From assembly GCF_009914755.1 (NCBI RefSeq), contig NC_060933.1: a stretch of 64,000 bases of DNA; one strand, written 5' to 3'. The position numbers and the translations under genes are program-made. Positions 28,826-38,769 of the stretch are shown one piece after another (within the stretch, counting starts at the first letter, position 1; the number at the start of each line of letters is the position of its first letter). Below the pieces are notes generated by a model, which did no database searches, was not told the origin of the DNA, and saw only the letters and a program-made list of their open reading frames with translations. The DNA is from the human T2T-CHM13v2.0 reference genome, Homo sapiens.

Positions 28826-30174
28826 GGACGCTGGAAGACAGAAATAAATGGATAAAAACCAAAAGACACATTAATGAAATGTTTACAACAACAAAAACAA
28901 AAGTAGTGATGGAATATTAACATACATAACTAGTAGTATTTTTTATCATGTTCCCTAGAAGCACATCGCATTATCACATTAATTTATTCTTTCTCTCTTT
29001 CTGTCTCTCTTTTTCTGTCTTTCTTCGCCTGTCTGCATGTAGTAAACACTCTGTCCGCATGGGAGAGCCAAGTAATTTATCCAAAATTGCCAGTAACTTG
29101 GTGACTAACAATGTTTATTTCAAAGGTGCAATCTTACTAGTCTCACCTGGCTGGAAACTCAAAATCCATGCTCCAGACAGCTGTATCAGTAAGGTATGGG
29201 CTACTTTGATCTTTATTTCCCTGATAATTTTAACCAATAGGCAAAAGATTCCCAACTTGGGAAGAGAAAGGATTAATACAATTATGCTTAAAAGTTTTGG
29301 TGAATAGTTTATGAATCTGGAAAGGTAACTGAGAAATAATGAGTAGAAAGTGCAGCTTTTCATGCAGACTTGACCTGAAAATCATATGGGTATTGCTCTT
29401 CAGCATTGTACCCTATGGTGGCCAAATTGCACAATCATGAGCTCTGTAATTCCTTACCATCGGGATACAAAAATTGTGATGATAGAATCACTTTGGCCTG
29501 TTTTTCTCTTTTCAAATAGAATTTCTTTTTACTCTTGCATTTCAAAGTCAGTTATGTTTCTTTTCCCCCATTACTATAGCATTATTGTACATGTTAGAAA
29601 CATATCTGAGTTTGTTGGAGACCTAGTGGAAAAATTTAAAATACATAGAAAGATGGTGAGGGAATGGGGGTGAGTGAATTCTACATACTAATATTAATAA
29701 AGGGAAGATAGTGTGAATGGATGATGAATAATCAAAGAGGTGAACTATACTAGGTGTTAGAGGTTAGTTTATTTATTATTCAGTCCCAGTAATTTCTCAC
29801 ATGATTCCTCGACTATGGAGATTGGAACACTAGAAATTCAATTGCCAAGTTTGTTATGCTGCTGGACGTATGTACATGACACCTTTTGGAAAAATGAAAC
29901 AGAAGTCAAAATATGGTGGAATTTCTTGGGAAATATTGCTTGCTATCACATGGAACACTCCTGTCTTTCTTCTCCTTGTTCTGGCCTATAATGTGAACAT
30001 GAAGTTAGACATGTGGAAACTATGCTGTACTCATGAATCCTAAAGCATGAAGAAACCTGTTGACACTGTGGGATAGATATTAATAAATACAGCCTGTTTC
30101 CTGATGACATTCTTGATTGTTTAATTAGGCCTGGGCTTCTCATTCTTGAAGTTCTTTTTATGAGATGTTGTTTA

Positions 30175-30738
30175 ATTCATATTTAAACATTTTAAATTTT
30201 TTTAAAAACTAAGACACAAACACACACCTTAGGACATGCCTAAACAAGGTAAGGATCATCAGTATAAATGCCTTCCACCTCCTAGAAGGTCTTCAGAGAC
30301 AGTATAAGGAACGAAGCTCTCATCTCCTATTATAACAGTACCTTCTTCTGGAATACCTCCTGAAGGATCTGCCTGGTGCTATTTTATAATTAACTGTTTT
30401 TAATATAAGTAATATATTTAAAGTAATATAATATTACTTTAAAGTAATGATAAAAAGTATCATGTCATAGAAGCATAAACCAGTAACATAGCCATTTGCT
30501 ATCAAGTATTATATACGATACATAATTGTATGTGTTATACTTTTATACAACTGGCAGCACAATAGGTCTATTTACTTCAGCATCACAACAAACACATGAA
30601 TAATGCATTGTGCTATGACTTTATGACAGCTACGATGCAACTAGGCCATAGGAATTTTTCAGCTCCATTATAATCTTATGGGGCTACCATCATATATGTG
30701 GTATGTCACTGACTGAAATGCCATTATGCAGTTTGACT
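30175..30738 (+). mobile_element. Tigger3-like (TcMar-Tigger) DNA transposon fragment
   Basis: GGAATACCTCCTGAAGGA...CCATAGGAATTTTTCAGCTCCATTATAATCTTATGGG...GACTG right end. Confidence 0.75.
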
Positions 30739-30805
30739 GAAAATAAATTAATTGACATTATGGTATAGTTTGAGATGAAAATAAGTAATAAAGGAAAATT
30801 TAGAA

Positions 30806-31920
30806 TGTAAACCAAACATAAAATTCTAAGCCCTCCCAACCACCTGAATGGACCCCTCCTCTTAGCCCAGTGCATTCCAAAGTTAACCTGAAAAACTAGC
30901 TCAGGCTATGATGGAAAGGAGGGGTTGGACATGCCTCATTATACCCTCCTCTTTTGGAATTTAGGCACAACTCACCAACATTAACATTAAAACAGAGACT
31001 TTAAGACTGAACTGACAAAACAGACTCTTTGTAGCAATAAGATACCAACATGACAGATAGCAGGCCCTGAAAGAAACTGAAGTATTTTACCCATGTCGAC
31101 AAAAAGAGTCACATTCTGTAAAATATTTGAAGATACTTATTCTGAGCCAAATATGAGTGATCATGTCCCATGACACAGCGCTCAGGAGTGTGTCCTAAGA
31201 ACCTGTGCCCAAGGTGGTCTGGGTGCAGCTTGGTTTCATACATTTTAGGAAGGCATGAGACATTAATCAAATACATTTAAGAAATACATTGGTTTGGTCC
31301 TGAAAGGTGGGAAAACTCAAAGCCGGGGGACTTCCAGGCTATAGGTAAATTTAAACATTTTCTGGTTGACAGTTGGTTGAGTTTATCTAAATTCATCTGA
31401 TCCATAGAAAGGTAATTTCAGGTTAAGATAAAAGATTGTGGAGACCAAGGTTATTCTGAACTCTTACAGTGGTTGCTCTTAGAGACAATTGATGACAAAT
31501 GTTTTCTACTCAGATCTTTAACAGGTGCTAGATTTTAGTTAATCTCTTTAGTATTGGGAAGGCCTAGAAGAAAAAGATTTACCTATTTAATAGAGATTCT
31601 TTACAGATGCGAATTTTCCCCCACAAGGGACTGCTTTTCAGGGCCATTTCAAGATATGGCAAAGAAACATGTTTTGGGGTAAAATATTTTTATTTTCTTC
31701 CTTGTAATAGTATGCCAGAGTCAGGTTGGAAAGTAAATCATGATACATAGAGTTAAATAAAACCCATCTGATGAGAATTTATGGTTTGTAGGGCATGACT
31801 ACCCAGACCACTTAGACAGGAATTTGGGCAAAAAACAAATAAACAAACAACAACCAAAAAACAGAGCTTAATCCTCCCCCTCAAATATATTTGACATATT
31901 TTGAAATGGTCCTACAAAGA
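30806..31920 (+). mobile_element. MER4-family LTR (MER4B/D-like), 3'-truncated, split by an antisense MER4E
   Basis: TGTAAACCAAACATAAAATTCTAAGCCC start. The sequence resumes after the nested element (AAATATATTTGACATATTTTGAAATGG at 31883). Confidence 0.8.
31094..31877 (-). mobile_element. MER4E-like solo LTR, complete, antisense
   Basis: The minus strand begins GAGGATTAAGCTCTG...TTGCCCAAATTCC and ends ...TTTTACAGAATGTGACTCTTTTTGTCGACA. 4-bp TSD CCCA/CCCT. Confidence 0.82.
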
Positions 31921-32094
31921 AAACAATAAAACAAAAATAAAATCCAGAAAAACAAGTGCCCTAATTTTTCAGAAATTTGTACTCCGATATTTTCTGACAA
32001 GATAAGAGAATTTCAATATTTATTTGTGCCACATCTTTCAAAGAATTTTAAAGAGAATATTGTCCATAAGTGTAATCTTCCTTTACAATAATTT

Positions 32095-32220
32095 ATTTCC
32101 TTCCTTCCTTTCTTCCCTCCTTCCTCCCTCCCTCCTTCCGTCTTTTCCTCTCATTCACTTTCCTTCTTTCTTCTTTTCTTTCCTTCCTTCCTCTTTCCCT
32201 CTATCTCTCTTTCTTCTTTA
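32095..32220. repeat. Polypyrimidine (TTCC/TCTT)n low-complexity tract
   Basis: Direct reading. Confidence 0.9.
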
Positions 32221-33249
32221 TAAATACTTTTTAATCCTCTGTAGCCTCTTCAGAAAAATTTACTAGAGAAAACATTTAAACATTCTAATTTGTAGCCTTC
32301 CAGATTTTTCATAACTTCTTCCAACATTTCTATTTAGAAGCTATTTTTCTTTTCAATATTTAGACACAGTTAATCTGACTTTAAAAACGGTTATGAGTCT
32401 CTCCACTTGCTGTATTCCCCAAAACAAAGGATATCATGAGATTTACGCAACAAACGAGAATTCTTGTACTATTCCAAAGACTCTGATGCTGTTTCTCCTC
32501 CGCTGCTCCCATTTTGCATTATAAAAAACTCAGGCAAAATAACCCTGATCACAATTCAAGTATCATCTCCACACAGATTTCTATATGGTAATCTTTGATA
32601 ATATGAGTTCAATTTGTTTACCCTTTGATCTCCTTATTGCTTTTATCCTCCTGCCTAGTACTAATTCATGAGGACAGAAAACACCTTAGAATTTGTGTGA
32701 ATAGTAGCAATTTGGACTCAAATTTATCTATCTTTACCGAACAATTCCATATGTCCTTCTCTAAGCTCACCACCTTTCGCTATTCCAACTCCACAACTGC
32801 CATGACTGCAGACTTGCTCTGGCAACAACTGTCCCACTGTTTACACCTCCATACACTCCCAGTACCTATAAGGCCTTTTGTGTTGTACCTATAAGACCAT
32901 GTTAGAAATTTCTCTCCTCATAATGCCTACCCCATTAAATCATACACGTCTTATAAGTGACCATATCCTACCCAAATAATGTATGAAACATCCTTGTATA
33001 TCAGAACTCACACAGTACATTGCTACATGTATACATATTAGTTGGGCAAAAAGAAAAACATATTTATCAAGATTTGTACAGGAAAGTGAATTCCAATAAA
33101 ACAGAACTGACCACAAGAGGTACAATTTAGGCTACTGTTAAAAGATATAACTTTTACCATGAAACATTATATTTCCTTTATTTAGTTTTAAAATTAATTA
33201 TAAAAAGCTAAATATTATTTTAAAGATATTATTTTTTAAGAAATCATTT

Positions 33250-34210
33250 TTCTTCTGTTTTCCGGTTCCAACCTTCGCACCCTGGGACTTCGATCGGCCC
33301 AGGATTTCCACCATTTATCGAAAATGCTAAATATTGGCAGTGCCAAGGACGTCTGAAGATGGTAAACCATTCCTCCACAAAACCACAGCTCCCCTGCGAC
33401 CCAGGTGCTGGTAAAGGGTAACAACGTAGGAGGCCCAATCCCCTCGCGCTTCTCAGGGTCCCCGGCTTTCCGCCCCTGTGCCAGACGACGGCGTCCTAAC
33501 GGCCACCCTCTCCCAGGAACCTCCAACGACGGCGCCAAAGCCACAGGAGCCGCCTCCCACCTGAGGCCCGCACGCCATGTTCTCCCTTTTCCCGACCCGT
33601 AGGGGCGCCCCACTTTGGCCATGCGCTTCCCGCCCGCACTCGCCGCGCAGCCATGAGGGGCGGGCCTCAACTCACCGTGGCCAATACGGACCGCTGGCGC
33701 GGGGTCTCTGAGGGAGCGAAGCGGCGAGCGGGCTGCAGGCCGAGCAGGGCCATGCGGCGGTAGTGGCGGCAGACAGGACAGAGCCCTGGCAGGAGAGGCA
33801 CAGCACGTCAGGTGAGACAAAGACAGACGTGGCCAGGGGGACAGCACACGTGAGGTGAGGCCACGTGGTGCGAGCTCCAGGGCTGGTGAGGCAGCTGGTT
33901 TGCGCAGGCACCCCAGCCACGAGGTGGCGCCCTGCCCTCGCCCTGCCCCGACCCTTCCGCCCAGCACCCTCTGCTCTGCTCTGCCCCTTCTGCTCAGCAC
34001 CCCCTGCTTTAACCTGCTTTTTCCATTCAGCGTCCCCTGCGGCCTCCCAGCCCTCATTCACCTCACTTTCCACCCGCAATGTCCTACCCACTAAAAAACT
34101 CTCTTGCCACCCTACCCTGGGCCCGAACCCCACCCCACACTAATTATCTCTTTTCTCCCGGGTAAGGTGAGGGACTTGGCACCCCTGCCCCCTCCCTTTG
34201 TCTTCCTCTT
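33250..34210. promoter_or_regulatory. CpG-island promoter (GC box, CCAAT, E2F-like site, E-box cluster)
   Basis: The only GC- and CpG-dense, non-repeat segment in the window. GGGGCGGG at 33657, CCAAT at 33681, TTCCCGCC at 33627, CACGTG at 33847 and 33862. Confidence 0.88.
33676..33753 (-). CDS. Candidate coding part of a first exon: [26 protein letters not shown] (26 codons, phase-0 donor); product unknown, possibly a uORF or smORF
   Basis: ccgccgcATGG start, 78 nt open, then a consensus donor ACG|GTGAGT. Without splicing the frame stops immediately (GTG AGT TGA). Confidence 0.4.
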
Positions 34211-34452
34211 TACCTATGCTTCATATGCCTCTCAACATGCCCTGGCATTGGCAGAGTTTATAGCACACTGTTCGCTAATGAGAATTAAATCTTCCGTAAA
34301 ATGTCTATATGTTAATTCTTAACACTGAAAACCAAGAACAAGTTTTTGTAGTCTGCTGATGATGTAAAAAATATTCATGGTAGGGTCAAATAGTGTTTGG
34401 ACCCAGTAGAGAAGGTGATGTAGTTATCTGTCACTAAAGCTAATTTTCTTAT

Positions 34453-34587
34453 CATTTATTTATTTATTTTTGTAAAGACGGGTCTCACTGTCACCCAGGC
34501 TGATCTCAAACTCCTGGGATCAAGCCATCCTCTTGCCTCGGCCTCCCAAAGTTCTGGGATTACCGGCATGAGGCACTGTGCCTAGCC
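34453..34587 (-). mobile_element. FLAM/AluJ left monomer
   Basis: Single antisense monomer (CTCAAACTCCTGGGATCAAGCCATCCTC) with a (TTTA)n tail. Confidence 0.85.
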
Positions 34588-34849
34588 TCTCTTGAGGGAA
34601 AAGTAAATATGTTGTGATTTTTAAATTTAGTACTGTAATAAACCTTTATCCACTACAAAAAAAAGTCAGTAATATTTCATGTGTGGACTAACAAGTATAC
34701 TTGTCAAACAATGCTATACCTCCAAGTTCACAGTTCACCTGTTTTAAACTTTAAATACACAAAAAAATCCTGATTGGTCACATAGAAAAAAATAAATAAG
34801 TAAATTACTGTCTAAAGTCACTTGCAAAAAAAATTGTTTTGTATGTACT

Positions 34850-35030
34850 GTGTTCTCTTCAAAGAGTTTTACATGCATCAACTAATTTAATCTTTATAAT
34901 AATCCTATAAGATAGAATTTTTTCTCACCATTTTACACAAGGATAGTAAGACTAAGAAAGTTCCAAGTTAGTGCAGCATTTATGGGCAGAGCTGGGAGAG
35001 AAATCAGGACAGTGCAGTTACAGAGTCTAT
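34850..35030 (-). mobile_element. MIR remnant
   Basis: TTTACATGCATCAACTAATTTAATC...CCATTTTACAC, MIR-core-like. Confidence 0.55.
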
Positions 35031-35899
35031 AAACTACTCAGCCTTTGGGCTTCAGGGACAAGTCTTGGATTTCTTCTTTTTTTTTTAACTTACAATAATA
35101 TCAATATAAAAAACAAACATTACCAAGTGTTTGTTATGAGAAATGTGCGGCTAAGATGCTCCAAAAAGGTTGAGAATGATAAAATAAGTCAAAGTAAAGA
35201 AGTCCAAGTAGTGTTTTTGAAAAGAATATGTATAATAAATTACCTAGAAGTAAAAATTTTAATTAACTTTTTTATGTGTACTAAAAAATTTGGTATTTTT
35301 TTATAAATATCTGCCACATTCAATTATTTTCTGTATTTTCTCTGCAAAAGGATTTGCTTGCTGTATTTAGGTACTAAATTGAATTATTAATCGTTACATT
35401 TTCCACAGAAATTTCAGGGAGGCTTGATCTAATCTTGTTGGTCGCCCTATCTCTTATAATCATTTCTTATTTCGTTTCTAACTATTTTACTTAGGAACTA
35501 CAAATGAAAATTACTTTCTCAGCTAATTACAATTAATTTGGGACTCTCTTTCCAGCTAAAAATTCAATATTGATTTATTTTCCTTTGTCATGCACAATTG
35601 CTCTGAAATGACAGGTATTCTGAAATTACTTTTCAAAGGCTGTATGTTCTGGTGGTTTAAAAGCATGGGCTTTGGGGTTAGAGAGCTCTGCCAACTTCTA
35701 GCCAAGTGCGTGCCTCATTTTCTACATCTACCCTTCTTAAAAAATTTTAAATATATTAAACATTACTAAATTGTACCTCTTAGTGTATCAACATATTTCA
35801 ATAGTATGTACATGTCTAGTATACATTCAGTTTAATCATGTCTTGTATACATTCAGTTTAATACTTACAAATCTATACATCTTTTTGCTCATTTTCAAA

Positions 35900-36858
35900 A
35901 TAAGTTTGTTTTAATTGAAGAATACTATTATTCATCATGTGCATGTTGTTTTGAAATATGTATACCTTGTGGAATGGCTAAATCAAGCAAATTAAAATTT
36001 GCATTTCTCCATATACTTATCATTTTTTTTTGTTGAGAACACTTAAAGTTTACACTCCTAGAAATTTTCAAAAATGCAATACATTATTAACTGTAATTCT
36101 AGATTACTAAAATAATTATCTCTGCTCTTTAATTTTCTTTGAAGCTATGATTATGGAAGGAATCAATGCATGGATCAGGTGCTATTATTTTAGTGAAAGA
36201 GAAATTACTATCCTCATGCATAAAATAGCTACGTGTACTGAAATAAAACTCAAAGTGGGGATGGATGTTAAACTTGAACAATTACTTTTGGCAAGACAGT
36301 TGGCATAGTTACAGTGTTACACTTTTTGCATTTCCATCCTTCCACCTACTGCCTATTTCCATTAACTCTTGTACCACCCAACGTATTAGATAAGCCGAAC
36401 TTGGTGTAAATAGAAGGAAACATTAATAATTAAATAAATTTGAAATCACTTCAATTTTTACAGAATGTTTTTCTTGCCTTTTGCCTCCAAAACTGATATG
36501 TGAGCTCTCTTGGAAAATGAAGACAATATTGTTCCTCTTAAAAAATACATTATTAATTATAATCACCGTATTGTACAATAGTTTTTGAACTTATTCCTCC
36601 TATCTAACCGAAACTTTCTATCCTTTGACCAACATCTCCCCAATTCTCCTGCCCACCTCCTGGTAACCAATATTCTACTCTGTACATCTATGAATTCAAC
36701 TTTCTAGATTCTGTATCTAAAAAAGTGAGATCATGCAGTAATTGCCTTTCCGTGCCTGGCTTGCTTCATTTAGGATTATGTCATTCAGGTTCATCTATGC
36801 TGTCACAAATAACAAGATTTTTTTTCTTTTTAAAGGATAAATAGTATTCTATTGTCTA
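35900..36858 (-). mobile_element. L1MA-type 3' end, split by a 446-bp orphan insertion
   Basis: Antisense L1MA 3'UTR at 35900-36097 resumes at 36544 (CACCGTATTGTACAATAG...GAACTTATTCCTCCTATCTAAC). Confidence 0.8.
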
Positions 36859-36859
36859 T

Positions 36860-37030
36860 ACATGCTTACCCTAGATATATTATGGGTTTAGTTCCAGACA
36901 ACTGCAGTAGTAATGCAAATATTGCAATAAAGTGATTCACATGATTTTTTTCCAGTGCATATAAAAGTTATGTTTACACTGTAGTCTATTAAATGTGTAA
37001 TAACATTGTTACAAAATACATATACCTTAA
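36860..37030 (-). mobile_element. Tigger1-like terminal fragment
   Basis: TA|CATGCTTACCCTAGATATATTATGGGTTTAGTTCCAGAC...GCATATAAAAGTTATGTTTACACT resembles the Tigger1 end. Confidence 0.65.
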
Positions 37031-37864
37031 CTAGAAATCCAGCATGTATTATTAAATTTTATTTAATGTGTACAGCTGGAACCACTGGTCGACTTTTAAG
37101 CAAGGTGATCTTTTATAACTTGTGTATAGCATTTCACTATTTATATTAATATCTTTCCTTTTAAAAGTAAATATATCCATTAAACATTCTTAATGTTGGT
37201 TGAAGATGATCCTATTCAATCAGCAATTATATGAACATTGAAGCAAAGCCTCTGGGTATTGCATAATTGAAAATAGAACCATAGATTGCCAATTTGAAAA
37301 ATCAGAGGATGAAACAGCAGTAATTTTAAAAGTTTTATGTATTTGTGTATAATAACCATTAAAAGTTACATTTTTATTTAAAATAAATTTCATCTGTCAT
37401 TTCATCTTAGTATAATTAAGATAGTCCTATTTCTGGCCAAAGGAAATAAAGGGAAACTTTAGATTTTTATGCAGATAGAGAGTGAATTGGTGGAGAAAAA
37501 TAACAGGTTATAGTAATAATTTCCAATATAATTATAGGAAGATAGTGGTGGTTAGTACCTCCACCAACATCAAACTATATATTTAATCTTCTGATTTTTG
37601 TTTAATCAGCTTTAGCAATATGTTCATGCTTAGACAGAACCTTAATGAGTAACTTCTAATTTCACCCTATCTATTCTGTTCTAATTTATCTAATACTCTC
37701 CATTTTACTAATTTTGAGTTGTACACATCAATGCATATCATAAGGAAAATATTTTCCCATTTTACAACATAAAAAATTATTACAAACCTTTTCCAAAACA
37801 AGACAGGTACTATTTACTGGGTTACTTACACAATCAGGATTACCTAGTATCAGGTTGCATTATT

Positions 37865-38169
37865 ATTATTATTATTTTGAGATGGAGTTTCACTCTTGTT
37901 GCCCAGGCTGGACAAGCTGGAGTGCAATGGTACAATCTTGGCTCACTGCAACCTCCGCCTCCTGAGTTCAAGAGATTCTCCTGCCTCAGCCTCCTGAGTA
38001 GCTGGGATTACCAACATGCACCACCACAGCCAGCTAATTTTTGTATTTTTAGTAGAGATGGGGTTTCACAATGTTGGCCAGGATGGTCTCGAACTCCTTA
38101 CCTCAGGTGATCTGCCCGCCTCGGCCTCAAAAGTGCTGGGATTGCAAGCATGAGCCACAGCACCTGGCT
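37865..38169 (-). mobile_element. AluSq/Sp-like with a small internal duplication and (TTA)n tail
   Basis: GAGTTTCACTCTTGTTGCCCAGGCTGGACAAGCTGGAG; TSD GGTTGCATTATT at 37853-37864 / 38170-38181. Confidence 0.92.
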
Positions 38170-38769
38170 GGTTGCATTATTTTTATAGTGACATATTTAT
38201 AGTGAACGAAGATGACAGATTTGAACAACACAGAATCTATTGGACAGTACATATAGGACACATAGAGGACAGAAAAAGCATAAAAATCTTTTAATGTGTA
38301 ATGCTTATAAGAAAACAACATGCAATGAAAACTCAGGTATGAGATGAAAACTGAAATACAGAAGCATGGTTGTAACATGGTAGGCATCTTTCTTTCCCTT
38401 GGCCTCAGTTTCTTCATTTCTAAAATGGAGAGGGGGGAGAAAATGACTAGTTTTTCTCAAACAGAAGTTGCATGCTAAAATAGTCTGTGAGATACACAGA
38501 CACAATGTAATCACATAATGTCAGCTGAGGAAATAGCAATTTTGTGAGCTTTCAGATCAAAATGAAGCTAATACAATCAAATGATGGTACAATCAGAAGG
38601 ATTTCTGAACATGTACTGGTTAAGCAGCCTTCTGACGCTTGGCTGTCCATAGGAATCCTAAGGTGCTGTCATAAACAAATATTACAGTAAGAAATAAAGA
38701 AACAATAAAAACTGTATAATCACAGATTTTAAGATTAGTCAGCGTTCACTACCACAACTAGAAAGACTT

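Noticed and set aside
33236-34143. 273-aa, 153-aa and other long overlapping ORFs across the CpG island
   Set aside because: Expected from stop-codon scarcity in GC-rich DNA; low-complexity R/G/A/P composition, no domain, and they read through a strong splice donor.
34355-34440. Possible C/D box snoRNA (TGATGA motif)
   Set aside because: No properly placed CTGA D box or terminal stem.
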